A stretch of 64,000 nt of DNA, from the NCBI GenBank assembly GCA_043228905.1, contig JBHGNT010000007.1, forward strand, positions 15,500,001 to 15,564,000, in the 5' to 3' direction. Numbering within the stretch: the first letter of the stretch is position 1; the number at the start of each line of letters is the position of its first letter. Positions 13,101 to 24,844 of this stretch are shown here, in pieces. The stretch comes from Azolla caroliniana. Lineage: Eukaryota > Plantae > Polypodiophyta. The position numbers and the translations under genes were made by a program. The notes beneath the pieces are model-generated. The model was not told where the DNA came from. It worked only from the letters and a program-made list of their open reading frames with translations, and ran no database searches.

Positions 13101-14628
13101 ATGTTAATTGAATCGGGACATTATCGATATTGTAAACGTGAATGTCCGGATCAAGTACACAATAAAATAACGTAGAACAAGACAACTCGGATATTGATGG
13201 ACACGAGGAAACAATCGAGAGGGATTGTTTTTTTACACATTGAATAAAATGCGTACAATCGTTCAGTACAAAAAAAATGGAATGACGAACCCAATCAATC
13301 AATAAAGAAGAGTTTTTATTATAAAACCAGGGATAACCCAGTATTACATCGGTGGTACAAAGATTCATTACATGGAAGTCTACTTCCTCTATATAAGTAT
13401 CAATAGAAATTCCTAATGAATGAATCGCCCCGTTGATGTATTGTACTCTTCCATCAGCCAAGTGCACCGTGTAGGTGTGATCACTTACGGTGGGTTGGAT
13501 TCCCCATATCTGAACCAAACGATCATTCACAAAATTGTGTGAGCTTCTCGAATCAAATAAAAATTGTACGAGAGATCCATTGATATACCTGTTTGCACGT
13601 AGTAAATCATTGGGACCCAATACATAGTGAGGGAAAGAACATTGACAATTACTTAAATGATGTGTATAGACCTGAAGGACATTAGGAATCTGACCTTTAT
13701 GGTCTGCAGCTTTAGCTTTGTTGTCGTGCTCTTTCCGTTGGAGCTTTCGACATTGATCTTTTGTATGACCCTTCTTTTTGCAGAATACACAAAAAGGATG
13801 TTGTCGCTTACAATCGCGATCCAGGAATTCGTTAGGTGTCTTGCGTTTCCCAACAAATTGCGACTGCTTAGTCCCGGGCGCTTCGTTGGGTTTGTTATGG
13901 TCCTTCTTCGAAGTGCGTTGATAGCGAAGAACTATTTCAACGGCCTCTTCGAAGGATTTTGGATCCTTATCGTGCACTATCCAGTGATAGTCCGAATTGG
14001 GGATGCCATTGACAAAACAAGCTATCAACCAATTGTCCCCTTCTAGACCCGATTTTTGGATTTGGGTTCTAGCATGGTGAACATAGTCTTCTAGCGAGGA
14101 AAATTTCCTGCTAGAGAGGTTCATTAAAGCTTGTGCTGCCTCGGTTCGAGAGGGAGGTTGCAGAAATTGGCCCTTAAAAACCGTGACAAAATCTGTCCAG
14201 GTATCGGGCAATTTCCCCATAGTACGGAGGCCACGCCACCAGGTGGCAGCCTTACCCCCGAGTTCTCGACCGACATATGCAATCTTCGTACTATCTGGCG
14301 TGGGATAGAGCTCAAAATGAGACTCCCATCGTCCCAGCCATGTGCAGATTGCTTCTTCGGTTCTTTCCTTTTTGTCTCCCGTAAATGGCTTAACGACAAA
14401 TGATGGTTCACCTTGTTGCTCATCAGGTCTATTAGTCTCACGTTGTAGACTAATGACACGTGCCTCAAGAGCACTCTGAGATTGCCGAAGTTCGGTCATC
14501 TGTTGAGCGGTGAAACTAAGGTATTGGGTTATTTGTGCCAAATACATCTCAGTGGACATTTGTCCAGGAGGATTCCCTTGAGTTCCTTCCGCTTGAGCGG
14601 ATGACATCGGGTCGTTAATTTGAGCCAT
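10174..14628 (-). CDS. Chromovirus Gag-Pol polyprotein (Gag, CCHC, PR, RT, RNase H, IN, chromodomain), 1484 aa
   Basis: [14 protein letters not shown]; [11 protein letters not shown]; RNase [11 protein letters not shown]; IN H-H-C-C and SMDFI, GPF motif; C-terminal PERILD...KIKW...DATWE chromodomain. Protease motif reads DSR rather than DSG. Confidence 0.93.
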   Translation of the reverse strand: MAQINDPMSSAQAEGTQGNPPGQMSTEMYLAQITQYLSFTAQQMTELRQSQSALEARVISLQRETNRPDEQQGEPSFVVKPFTGDKKERTEEAICTWLGRWESHFELYPTPDSTKIAYVGRELGGKAATWWRGLRTMGKLPDTWTDFVTVFKGQFLQPPSRTEAAQALMNLSSRKFSSLEDYVHHARTQIQKSGLEGDNWLIACFVNGIPNSDYHWIVHDKDPKSFEEAVEIVLRYQRTSKKDHNKPNEAPGTKQSQFVGKRKTPNEFLDRDCKRQHPFCVFCKKKGHTKDQCRKLQRKEHDNKAKAADHKGQIPNVLQVYTHHLSNCQCSFPHYVLGPNDLLRANRYINGSLVQFLFDSRSSHNFVNDRLVQIWGIQPTVSDHTYTVHLADGRVQYINGAIHSLGISIDTYIEEVDFHVMNLCTTDVILGYPWFYNKNSSLLIDWVRHSIFFVLNDCTHFIQCVKKQSLSIVSSCPSISELSCSTLFYCVLDPDIHVYNIDNVPIQLTYFEQQQLDEILNDFHDVFPSELPDGLPPKRNIDHRIDIVPGVAPISIPPYRLSRSEEDEVSKQLKDYLRMGYIRYSKSPWGAPVLLDKKKEGTWRMCINYRRLNKVTIKNSYPLPRADDLIDRLQGARYFTKLDLRTSYHQIRISEDDVPKTAFRTRYGHYEFLVMPFGLTNAPATFQQEMNDIFREQLGKFVVIFLDDILVYSRTLQEHARHVRFVLQTLRDKQFYAKISKCEFFKKSITYLGHLITERGVEIDPSRIEKIKLWPTLRNIREVRSFLGFVGFLRKSLRNYSQLTMPFTDLLKGQTRKSTKPIVWNATLDLAFKELKDLVCKAPSLLLPDPSKPFEVETDASDYAIGVVLYQDGKPIAFESKKLDSAQCRYTVQEKELFAVIHALKTWRHYLYGNHFVVTTDHESLKYFCDQQDLKGRKARWADLIQDFDFSIRYRKGSMNIVADALSRIREVNTLSFTEISSDLYDHLRGKYPDDSYFAKYWARVESGTDTTTSSKEYFHIANGLLYRNGKVCVPDLPEVKKRILFECHDAPSAGHPGIHRTLVLISTQFYCPKMRLDIHSYVTKCHQCQVNKAERLKVAGLLHPLDIPNNKWESISMDFIVSLPRTQKGHDAIWVVVDRLTKMARFIATKTTVTAPELAYQFVDELFRFYGLPMDIVSDRDPKFTSDFWTQVFKKLETTLSMSSTDHPQSDGQTERVNQIIEDMLRAYVGAKPTKWERYLPILEFAYNSSKHTSTGYSPFMLMYGFQPRAPIDVTIHHDELRSTQNFLRDMQDMLHIARDNIKTAQDRARFYADHHRQPRVFNPGQKVFLRVPHNSKTLSTGKCAKLAPRFCGPFTVLKRIGSSAYRLALPDGVGIHPVFHVSRLKELLGSGDNTVTTETLVTSEELSSKPHVPERILDVKTKKLRTKVIREFKIKWMDKSIKDATWERENTLRTNFPNFPLQECNVLKRGSMLRACPYNIPW

Positions 14629-15809
14629 TAAAGATTATTTCTGGAAAAGAAATAGGATAAGGTCAGAGATATAGTCATAACATCATGTCGTGATGTAAAC
14701 ATATCATGGGCGAGCATTAATCGATATCATTATCTCACGTCAATACCCCTCTAGACGTATGAGATGAGGTTCAAGATCAGGTTACTATGGTAACACAAAG
14801 GTGTTTTAAAAACCATGGGGGTGACAAATAAATGTCTTTCCCTGATCTCTACATCGATTTTTTCATGGTGGCTCCCCGAGGCTCAACCATGTATGTTCGC
14901 GTCATGAATAGTTTATACACGAAAAAAAATGTTAACAATAAACTATGTTTCGGTGCCCACATAAGTGGTTTTGGCTCTTTAAGTCCTATTACGAGGACCC
15001 CGAGGTGCACTTAGACCTTAAGTCTAAACATGTGGTATAGTCATATGTATCAAGGATGTTGTATGGTCTTGGTCATATTTGAACTCGAGACCTCGAGAAC
15101 AAATACATTAAACACTTGAGCCAACCAAGTAAGTTGGTCTTCTCGAATGTTTAATGTTTGATGCGTATAAGAGATATGCGAGGCAATTGATCATATATGT
15201 TTTTTTAAAAGAACATATATGTCAAGGGTCCTTATTTCGCCCTCATTTACCAAAACTATGTTGGTACGTTACCTAACCTCAAGTCTCGTAATTACGATGG
15301 CATACGCCAAAGTGCAACCTAATGGTCAAGCCAAATGAGCCCTTGTTTCGTAGTAGGCTCACGTGGGCCATCACATGGTCACGTCATTACGAATGCCTCT
15401 CGTAAGAACGAGCTCATGGTGGCATCGTATCCATGTAACGAGGGAGGGATGTTGGATACGCGCGTCATTGGAGCGACCTCACTTGAAGTGGGTCAAGCCC
15501 TACGTACTCAACATCATTTTGGCTATTGGCGTTTCTTTACGTAACGAAATCGAGGTCGTCAACGGGGTTATCAACAATAAAAAAATGTTGAAAAAGGGAT
15601 GGTGACAACGCCATTCTCACAAAAATGTGAGGACGGCCACCAACATCCTTTTCCCGATCATGACAACTTTCGATATAATCACGTAATAACGAATATACAC
15701 ATATGTTTACTTATCACATATATACGATCAAATACGTATATATGTGACCACATATGCCTATATTCAACATATCGTTATATTAAATAGCCACAAATGATGT
15801 GATCGAGAT

Positions 15810-16066
15810 ACGTAATCGAGGTATATACCTCTACGCACACGAAACATCCACAAATAAGAGATCATCGTAATACGCAATGGAGGTATTGACCTCTTACGCA
15901 TACGAGACCAAACGCATATCGTTTACAACAAATCAAGGTATTAAACTCATACGCAAACGTAACATATGTTCGTGAACGTAATACGTAATTGAGGTATTAA
16001 CCTCGTACGCATACGACACTCATCACATATTATTAATATGTCAAACGAGGTATTGACCTCGTGCAC
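15810..16066 (-). repeat. Five spaced palindromic repeats GAGGT-N4-ACCTC in the 5' leader of B
   Basis: Cores at 15818, 15880, 15935 (degenerate), 15991 and 16047, with shared TACGCA-type flanks and unrelated spacers. Confidence 0.8.
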
Positions 16067-16797
16067 ATATGTAAACGTTTTAGATAATCAATTAAAGACC
16101 ACTACAACATCATTGACTTAATGAAAAAAATTACATATAAACTAAACACATGATTAGATGGGAGAAGAGAGAATAGAAAGAAAAATTATGGAAAGAGTTA
16201 CCGAAGTTCTTTGTTGATCGTTGTCTGGATCAAGGCCAACCGCACAATGATCGATCAGCATGAATCAAAAGACAAATGAAAAACAAAGAAACATTAGTAC
16301 AAAAATCTGATACCAAATATTATAGATCTTGGTACTAACGTAAGCTTAAGATAAGGATAAAGAAATGAAAGATAGAAAGGAGAAAGAGAAAGAAGGGTGT
16401 CGATCCACCTGACCACCCCCGAGCGAAGGGATCGAGACGGACTCGAGCCTCGATCAGCGTCCCATACCACCGCCGTGGCGTCGAGTCGTACCTGGTGCTG
16501 GCGCGCTCGCTACAAGAGTTGACCCACCACACGAGCAGAGTCTCGATGTAGTCAAAAGATGATCAAATGAGGGTAGCTAGGCCTCTTATTTATAGCGGTA
16601 CCCAAGGCTCCCAGGCAAGTTCACACTTGACCTAATGGGTTGTCTCAATCCCGAGGATTAAAAGTAATCCTCCCCTTCTTCACACTCTCGTTTAACCCTC
16701 ACACTTATCCACGTGTATAGAATACTACGGTAAATTCTTACCACGGGATATTCTATGGTCATGCCCGTAACACCCATGCCGGAGTGAGGGGGGAGTT

Positions 16798-17490
16798 TGT
16801 TGGGAGACAGGTCCCTCCGGATGGGAACGAAGAAGAACAGTGCCGACGAACAGAAACCGGAAGAGGAGTACCCGACTACGGAGAGCCGGATGGTGCAGAC
16901 CCGGTGAGAACTGGATGAGGAGTACCCGGCTACGGAGAGCCGGATGGTGCAGGCCCGGTGAGAACCGGATGAGGAGTACCCGGCTACGGAGAGCCGGATG
17001 GTGCAGACCCGGTGAGGAATGCTCACCGGATGAAGAGACATATTCGTAAATATGTTTCTGAGAGTCCATCGAGGCTATATTTGTAAATAGCCGAAAAGTC
17101 ATATTAGTATAAATATGACTTAGGGCAAACTTATAGTTACTGTTGTTGTTATTCTTGTCTGCGCGAGATTAGAGCGTGTAACTGTGTATAGAGAGAGAGA
17201 GAGTGAGAGGAAGAGGTCGCTGCCTTTGTTGTAACCGCCGCCTGTGGCGAAGACCGTGAGCACGAGGTCGTTGCCTCCGTGAACTCACTGTTGTACATTC
17301 TAACATAGTGATAGTTTGCAGCTTGTGGGCTGCCGTGGTTTTTCCCTTAGTTTGGGTTTTCCACGTAAACATCCTGTGTACAACTCTTCTCTCCTTTGTG
17401 TCGCGTGTTTTCCGTTTCCTGTTTTCTATGTATGATTCTAAGCTCGGTTGTGGCCGAGCGTTGTGCATAAGGAGCGTTGAGTTCCCGTCA
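16798..17490 (+). repeat. 3' LTR of Copia A (693 bp; three 54-bp repeats)
   Basis: Direct repeat of 4885-5704. Confidence 0.95.
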
Positions 17491-18468
17491 CATATTTAGT
17501 GTAGTTAAGTCTCCACCACTCTTTAGTAAGTGGTGGTTCTATAGTGAGAAGGTGACTACATAAGCACCTCTCTCCACCTCTGTGTAATTGTTGGTTGTCT
17601 TATTCTTGTTAATACAGTTTTTCAGTGTCTTTCTGTATCACTCTGTTCTCTCTCTCTCTCTCCCTCTCTCGTCTACACGTAAACACACATATCCCTTCCG
17701 TTGCATAGAATCATTCCCTATTCTTTACACTTATGCATACAATACATACAAAATTTTATGACTTAAAAGCACATAAAACATTTATATGCGATGTAGAAAT
17801 TTTATGCATACAATACATTTATAACACACGTAAAACATTTATATGCGATGTAGAAATACAAATTTATACCACTCATACTTATACTTCTCATGTATAAAAA
17901 TGAGACACTTACATAATATTTCCTAAATTTGCACACATATATGCACCAAATCACACACACAAATCTATTGCACACGTACTCGGGCACATATAACACAAAA
18001 ATTCACATAACTATTCACGCTCATTCATGAGTAGACACAAAATTCATGCATAATCTGTTGTGCATAATCATTGAGTCAAATCACATTACACATTAAACAA
18101 CAACTTATATAGATTTTCCCCTGAGAGCAGGGAAAGCACCTACAAGTATATCTGTGCCAATCAAGAAGGGAGAGTAGTCATCCACATTACTCACAATCCT
18201 TCCTGGACAAAGTCATCTTCTCTTGTTCAAGCCATATCGATGGTCTCGCTTGAGTAACACATGCATGTGCATAACTTTGCGACAATGTAAGCCTACCACC
18301 TAAAACTTAGACATCATGATGGAATGTGTCTTGAATCTCAACTTAAGCATGCCCACTTCAAAGTTGCATGCCGACCACCCAACTTGGGAGCAAGCGGCGA
18401 GTTGCATGCTGTATTGCCTTGCATCATGCGTTCATGATCACATGCTCGGCTACATTCAAGAGACAAAA

Positions 18469-18921
18469 TGTTACGGGCATGACCATATAATATCCCGTGG
18501 TAAGAATTTACCGTAGTATTCTATACACGTGGATAAGTGTGAGGGTTAAACGAGAGTGTAAAGAAGGGGAGGATTACTTTTAATCCTTGGGATTGAGACA
18601 ACCCATTAGGTCGTGTGCACTTGCCTGGGGGCCTTGGGTATCGCTATAAATAAGAGGCCTAGCTACCCTCATTTGATCATCTTTTGACTACATCGAGACT
18701 CTGCTCGTGTGGTGGGTCAACTCTTGTAGCGAGCGCGACAGCACCAGGTACAACTCGACGCCACGGCGGTGGTATGGGACGCCGATCGAGGCTCGAGTCC
18801 GTCTCGATCCCTTCGCTCGGGGGTGGTTGGGTGGATCGGCACCCTTCTTTCTCTTTCTCCTTTCTATCTTTCATTTCTTTATCCTTATCTTAAGCTTACT
18901 TTAGTACCTAGATCTATAATA
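18469..18921 (+). mobile_element. Solo LTR of chromovirus B family
   Basis: Reverse complement of the B LTRs; TSD CAAAA (18464-18468, 18922-18926); termini TG...TA. Confidence 0.92.
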
Positions 18922-19491
18922 CAAAACCGCCAAAAGAGGCGTGGGGGAACCTCAAGAAGATATTTGCGGCCAACACAACCACACAAAAGCTTCAACTCCA
19001 CCAAGAGTTGAACAACATACAACAGAGGGATATGGGAATTGGCTGCCACACCTTGAAGATCAAGGAGCTGTGCGACTCCCTCAGGTCGATCAATGTCAAC
19101 ATTGGTGACGAAGAAATGATGTAGATATGCCTCAGAGGCCTAACACCTCTCCCCCATCGATCTCCAATTGATGCTATTGGTCTAAGAAAACCATGTCCAA
19201 ACAAGAGGCAACGAATTAGACGGACAAATGCTCTACACGAGTTCGGATGGAGGAAGAGGCCAATCAGGCCGAGGCCGAAACAACGAAATGCAGTCCCATG
19301 AGCACAACTTCTACTAGCAAGACATCGGAAACTCATGAGGAGGAGCGTTTGGAAGAAGGGGAACCAATCATGCCGGACCAAGCTGACAAAGTAGTTCCAT
19401 TCAGTGCAGATATTGTGGCAAATTCGGCCACTATGAGACAAAGTGTCGCAAAAAGGAGAGTGAGTCGGCCTTCACAAGCCGACAACTCACC

Positions 19492-19757
19492 TGTTACACA
19501 CAGTGCTCGGCCACAACCGAGGAATAGGATCAACTTGACAGAAAACAGGAAATACAAATTGCACGAAGACAATAGAGAGAAGAGTACACAGAATGTTTTA
19601 CGTGGAAAACCCTAAATGGGAAAAAAACCACGGGAGTCCTCAAACTCCAACTATCACTATAAACAGAGATGTACAATGGTGAAGCTACAAGGCAACAACC
19701 TTGAGCTCACTGTCTTCGCCACAGGCGGCGGTAATACACAGAGGCAACGACCTCTTC

Positions 19758-19788
<31 letters not shown>

Positions 19789-22700
19789 CTGCTCACTTAG
19801 CTCCCTCTAAGTGGAAAACCAGAAAGATGAGCAACAGCACACAAAACTGTTTGCCCTAAGTCATATTTATACACATATGACTTTCGCGCTATTTACAAAT
19901 ATAGCCTCGCATCCGGATCTCTCTCCGGGTACATTCGTTATCCGGCTCCGGAACCGGGTCTTCGTCATCTGGCTCCGGAACCGGGTACTCTTCATCTGGC
20001 TTCATGCCGGGTACTCTTCATCCTCCGGTTCCGTAACCGTAACCGGGCTTGCCGTCATTTATCTCCGGACATCCCATCCGGAGGGACCGAAATCCCAACA
20101 AACTCCCCCTTCACTTCGGCATGGGATGTCTCTCCAATCCGATCCTCTTCCGGCATGCTTCCAGCTTGTCGGGTGTGAGCACCTTGGTCAGCATATCCGA
20201 CCCGTTCTCGTTCGTGTGGATCTTCGTCAGCACGAACTCCTTGTCTTCTATCCTTTCCCGGATCCAGTGGTATCTACGCTGGATGTGTTTCGTCCGGGAA
20301 TGGTAAGCCGCGTTCTTCGCAAGGTGGATGGCACTCTGACTGTCGCAGTAGAGTCGGTACTCCTCCTGCCGGATACCGAGCTCTCTAATGAAGTCCTTCA
20401 TCCATATTATTTCCTTCCCGGCTTCAACAGCCGCCATGTACTCCGCCTCCGTGGTTGACAATGCAACCGTCTTCTGCAGCCTCGACTGCCACGAAACAGC
20501 TCCCCCTGCATACGTCATCACATACCCTGATGTGGACCGGCTGGTATCTGCATCAGCCGACATATCCGAATCGGTAAAGCCGTCGAGTTCGGGCTTACCG
20601 GAGCCGAATCGGAGGCACACGTTTGTCGTGCCCTTCAGGTATCGGAGTATCCACTTGGCCGCGTTCCAGTGCTCTTTGCCGGGATTGCTCATGTACCGGC
20701 TCACCACTCCGACTGCATATCCTATGTCCGGTCTTGTACACACCATTGCGTACATCAAGCTTCCGACGGCAGAGGCATATGGTACTTTCATCATGTCCTC
20801 CTTCTCAGCCTTTGTCTTGGGGCTTTGCTTGCTGGACAACTTGCAGTTTGCCGGGAGGGTTGACCCGACCGGTCTTGCTTCCGACATGTTGAACCGGTGA
20901 AGCACCTTTGTCACATACTTCTCCTGTGACAGCCACAACTGCTTCTTCTTCCGGTCCCGGATGATGTGCATCCCTAGTATTTGCCTCGCCGGACCCAGGT
21001 CCTTCATTGAGAACGTTCGGTGAAGCGCTTTCTTCAGCATCCGTATCTTGACCTGGTCCCGTCCGACGATCAACATGTCGTCCACGTACAGGAGGAGTAT
21101 TAGAAAGTCTCCTCCTTCGAACTTCTTCACAAACACGCAGTGATCGGACTGCGTTTTGTGGTACCCTTCGTCGGTCATGAAGGAGTCGAACTTCCGGTAC
21201 CATTGCCGGGGAGCCTGCTTCAGTCCGTAAAGGCTCTTCTTCAACCGGCATACCAGGTGCTCCTTCCCTTTCTTCTCGAATCCTTCCGGTTGCTGCATGT
21301 AGATCTCTTCTTCGAGGTCACCGTGAAGGAATGCCGTCTTCACGTCCATCTGTTCTACCTCGAGGTCCATGCTTGCCGCTATGCTCAGCACCGTCCGGAT
21401 GGAGGTCATCTTCACTACCGGGGCAAATATCTCGTCGAAGTCGACGCCCTTCTTCTGCTGGAACCCCTTCACCACGATCCTGGCTTTGTATCTCGGGGGG
21501 TTTCTGGCATCTCCCGATTTCAGCTTGAACACCCACTTGTTTCGAAGTGCCCGCTTTCCTTTCGGCAACTCCACAAGTTCATATGTGTGATTCTCATGCA
21601 GGGAATCCATCTCCTCCTGCATGGCACTTAACCACCTGCGGCTATGGGTGTCAAGCTTTGCTTCTTCAAAACTCTCCAGCTCCCCCTCGTCGGTTAGCAG
21701 CACGTGCTCTGGTTCCGGAAATCTCCGGGGGGCCCTTCTCTCTCTTAGAGGATATCTCCGTTCCGGAGCTTCGGTAACCGGCTCCTCCGCTTCCTCTTCA
21801 TCCGAATCCATTTCGGGATCGGGGCCGGTTCCGGTATCAGTTTCGTCTTCCTCGGCCGGTTTTGTTTCTTCACCGTCTTCGGCCGGATCCTCGAGTGCTA
21901 ACCGGTTCCTTGCCGGTTGGGACTGCTCTTCGTAGAGTTGATCCTCACTATTCGACTTGGAGCTCTTCATCTTCTTCTCCGACTCCCAGTCGGCGAGTGT
22001 CTTGTCCTCCATGAAGATGATATCTCGACTCCTGAATATCTTCTTGTCGACCGGGTCCCATACTCGGTAGCCGAACTCGTCGTTGCCGTAACCGAGGAAT
22101 ATGCATGGCCGGGTCTTTGGATCTAACTTTCCTCTCCGGTCCTTTGCCACATGCACGTATGCGAGACACCCGAACACCTTCAGATGCCGGTAGGACACTT
22201 CCTTACCGGTCCACACTTTCTGCGGCGTGTCTCCGTCCAAAGGTACTGAGGGTGATCTATTTATCACATACGTCGCCGTCGACATTGCCTCAGCCCAAAA
22301 TCCCTTGGGTAATTTCGCATGTGCTAGCATACTCCGGACCCTCTCCATTATGGTCCGGTTCATCCTCTCGGCCAGCCCGTTCAGTTCCGGCGTCTTCGGC
22401 ACAGTAAACTCGAGCCGGATTCCCTTCGAGCGACAGTACTCTGCGAACTGCCCCCGGTATTCCCCTCCGTTATCCGCTCGTATCGCTTTCAGCTTCTTGC
22501 CGGATTCTCTTTCCACTCTCGCGTGGAGTTCTTTGAAGACGGACAATACTTGGTCCTTTGTCTTCAACGGTGCCGTCCACAGCTTCCGGCTATGGTCATC
22601 TATGAATGTTACGAAGTACTGAGCTCCGCCATGTGACTTCGCTTCTACTTGACACACATCAGTGTGTACCAACTCCAATGGTGCGCTACGTCTCGTCGGT

Positions 22701-24844
22701 GGCCTTGAGTGGAAGGAGGTCCGGTTTTGCTTACCGGCCAGACAGTCGGTACACTTCCCCAGGTGTACGTGCTTTACCGGTATCAGGTTGTCATCGGCAA
22801 GCCTCTTCATCCCCTTCTCACTCATGTGGCACAGTCTCTTGTGCCACAGCTCACCGGCAGTGTCGGCTGCCACGTTCAGCTCCTCCGGACATAGCCGGGA
22901 ATTCATCAGGTACAGTGTATTGACCTTTCGGGCCCGAGCCACTATCAGGCTCCCTTTGCTGAACTTCATGACACCGTTCCGGATGCTACCCGTGTAGCCT
23001 TCATCATCTAGCCTCCCGGCCGAGATCAGGTTCAATCGGACCTCCGGAACGTGTCGAACATCCTTCAACAGCATCTTGCATCCGGTTGATGTCATCAGCC
23101 ACACGTCTCCTATGCCGGCAATCCGGCATATGCCTTCATTTCCCATCCGGACACAGCCGTGCTCACCGGCTGTGTAGGATGAGAAGTATTTCTTCTCCGG
23201 GGTCAGGTGGAACGACGCTCCGGAATCGACCACCCAGGTCATCTCTACACCGGCAAGGTTCAGCTCCCTCTCTTCGGTAATGAGCATTATCTCTTCTTCA
23301 CTTGCCGCGAGTGCCGTCGTTCCTTTCCGGTCCTGCCCTCGCCGATCCGGACCTCTCCGGTCCGTGGCTCCCCGGTATGCACCGTTTCTCTCCGGTGACT
23401 TGTTCGAATCGGTGTCGTCGGCTCCGTTGTCCTTTCGGTAATGCCGACAATTCTTCCGGAAGTGCCCCGGCTTCCCACAGTGGAAGCATGTGGGCCTTCC
23501 TCTTGACTGCGACCGGGTCCCCGACTTCCCCCGTCTTTGCGGACTCCGGTTCCATTGTCTTCCCCGATCCGATTCGGTAAGCAGCATCTTCGGATCGGAA
23601 ACCGGTTCTTTATCTCTCCGACGCGCTTCTTCGTTCAAAATGCTTGTCTTTACCGTTTGTAGAGACAAGTTATCTTCGGTGCAGGAGGTGCTGAGAGTCA
23701 CCACCAAGTTCTCCCAGCTTTCCGGCAATGTACACATCAGAATGATGGCTTGCATTGCATCCTCCAACGGGAACTTGATCGCCGCAAGCTGGTTCACGAA
23801 TCCCATGAACGTGCTCACGTGTTCCACCATATTCTCGCCGTCCCGGTACTTGAGGTTCACTATCTTCCTCATCAGGGAGGTCCGGTTCAACGCATTCTTC
23901 CTCTCGTAGAGGCCCGACAGCTTCTTCCACATCTCATATGCGTTGGTGTCGTTCGCCACATGTTGTAGAACGCTTACATCGACATATTGCCGGATCGTCG
24001 CTACGGCTTTCCGGTTCAGGAGCTTCCACTCCGACTCTATTACCCCCTTGGGTATCTCGGCATTGTCGATCGGTTCATACAGGTCTCGGACGATGAGAAG
24101 GTCTTCCATCTTTATCTTCCAGTCGGCGTAGTTCTGTGAGTTCAACACCATCATGCCCGGAGGCCCACTACCGCCGCCTTCCATTTTCTGTGCTACCGTC
24201 GCTCTGATACCACTTTGTTACACACAGTGCTCGGCCACAACCGAGGAATAGGATCAACTTGACAGAAAACAGGAAATACAAATTGCACGAAGACAATAGA
24301 GAGAAGAGTACACATAATGTTTTACGTGGAAAACCCTAAATGGGAAAAAAACCACGGGAGTCCTCAAACTCCAACTATCACTATAAACAGAGATGTACAA
24401 TGGTGAAGCTACAAGGCAACAACCTTGAGCTCACTGTCTTCGCCACAGGCGGCGGTAATACACAGAGGCAACGACCTCTTCGTCTCTCTCTCTCTCTCTC
24501 TCTCGGCTGCTCACTTAGCTCCCTCTAAGTGGAAAACCAGAAAGATGAGCAACAGCACACAAAACTGTTTGCCCTAAGTCATATTTATACACATATGACT
24601 TTCGCGCTATTTACAAATATAGCCTTGCATCCGGATCTCTCTCCGGGTACATTCGTCATCCGGCTCCGGAACCGGGTCTTCGTCATCTGGCTCCGGAACC
24701 GGGTACTCTTCATCCGGCTTCATGCCGGGTACTCTTCATCCGGCTTCATGCCGAGTACTCTTCATCCTCCGGTTCCGTAACCATAACCGGGCTTGCCGTC
24801 ATTTATCTCCGGACATCCCATCCGGAGGGACCGAAATCCCAACA
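19492..24844 (-). mobile_element. Copia C (Tnt1/Tork-like), full length with intact ORF
   Basis: LTRs 24216-24844 (5') and 19492-20100 (3'); TSD TCACC; PBS 24201-24212; PPT 20103-20111. Confidence 0.97.
20111..24184 (-). CDS. Copia Gag-Pol polyprotein, 1357 aa, uninterrupted
   Basis: CFHCGKPGHFRKNC; VDSGAS; HKRLCH..CTDC; VHTD..ADNGGE..AERMNRT; YVDD; DSD..E..DSQSA RNase H motifs. Confidence 0.97.
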   Translation of the reverse strand: MEGGGSGPPGMMVLNSQNYADWKIKMEDLLIVRDLYEPIDNAEIPKGVIESEWKLLNRKAVATIRQYVDVSVLQHVANDTNAYEMWKKLSGLYERKNALNRTSLMRKIVNLKYRDGENMVEHVSTFMGFVNQLAAIKFPLEDAMQAIILMCTLPESWENLVVTLSTSCTEDNLSLQTVKTSILNEEARRRDKEPVSDPKMLLTESDRGRQWNRSPQRRGKSGTRSQSRGRPTCFHCGKPGHFRKNCRHYRKDNGADDTDSNKSPERNGAYRGATDRRGPDRRGQDRKGTTALAASEEEIMLITEERELNLAGVEMTWVVDSGASFHLTPEKKYFSSYTAGEHGCVRMGNEGICRIAGIGDVWLMTSTGCKMLLKDVRHVPEVRLNLISAGRLDDEGYTGSIRNGVMKFSKGSLIVARARKVNTLYLMNSRLCPEELNVAADTAGELWHKRLCHMSEKGMKRLADDNLIPVKHVHLGKCTDCLAGKQNRTSFHSRPPTRRSAPLELVHTDVCQVEAKSHGGAQYFVTFIDDHSRKLWTAPLKTKDQVLSVFKELHARVERESGKKLKAIRADNGGEYRGQFAEYCRSKGIRLEFTVPKTPELNGLAERMNRTIMERVRSMLAHAKLPKGFWAEAMSTATYVINRSPSVPLDGDTPQKVWTGKEVSYRHLKVFGCLAYVHVAKDRRGKLDPKTRPCIFLGYGNDEFGYRVWDPVDKKIFRSRDIIFMEDKTLADWESEKKMKSSKSNSEDQLYEEQSQPARNRLALEDPAEDGEETKPAEEDETDTGTGPDPEMDSDEEEAEEPVTEAPERRYPLRERRAPRRFPEPEHVLLTDEGELESFEEAKLDTHSRRWLSAMQEEMDSLHENHTYELVELPKGKRALRNKWVFKLKSGDARNPPRYKARIVVKGFQQKKGVDFDEIFAPVVKMTSIRTVLSIAASMDLEVEQMDVKTAFLHGDLEEEIYMQQPEGFEKKGKEHLVCRLKKSLYGLKQAPRQWYRKFDSFMTDEGYHKTQSDHCVFVKKFEGGDFLILLLYVDDMLIVGRDQVKIRMLKKALHRTFSMKDLGPARQILGMHIIRDRKKKQLWLSQEKYVTKVLHRFNMSEARPVGSTLPANCKLSSKQSPKTKAEKEDMMKVPYASAVGSLMYAMVCTRPDIGYAVGVVSRYMSNPGKEHWNAAKWILRYLKGTTNVCLRFGSGKPELDGFTDSDMSADADTSRSTSGYVMTYAGGAVSWQSRLQKTVALSTTEAEYMAAVEAGKEIIWMKDFIRELGIRQEEYRLYCDSQSAIHLAKNAAYHSRTKHIQRRYHWIRERIEDKEFVLTKIHTNENGSDMLTKVLTPDKLEACRKRIGLERHPMPK

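Larger units (their letters stand above)
9753..16772 (-). mobile_element. Ty3/Gypsy chromovirus B, full length
   Basis: LTRs 16318-16772 (5') and 9753-10208 (3'); TSD CCCAA/CCCAT (9748-9752, 16773-16777) restores the Copia A HPMP codons; PBS (tRNA-iMet type) 16306-16315; PPT ~10211-10226. Confidence 0.93.
4885..17490 (+). mobile_element. Copia A (Tnt1/Tork-like), full length, defective, interrupted by Ty3 element B
   Basis: TG...CA LTRs 4885-5704 and 16798-17490; TSD CATAT (4880-4884, 17491-17495); PBS TGGTATCAGAGC 5707-5718; purine tract ending 16795. Confidence 0.95.
3744..17729 (+). mobile_element. Old Copia-type solo LTR (~333 bp reconstructed: 3744-3822, 4865-4884, 17496-17729), split by an L1 and Copia A
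   Basis: TSD CTTAT at 3739-3743 and 17730-17734. Ends TTTACA and starts TTTTGAGAAT (probably mutated TGTTGAGA, cf. element I LTR TGTTGAGAT...TTTACA). Pieces join once the L1 and A TSDs are collapsed. Confidence 0.65.

Noticed and set aside
15810-16066. True CRISPR array
   Set aside because: Eukaryotic retrotransposon context, degenerate repeats and no cas genes; kept only as a hairpin array.
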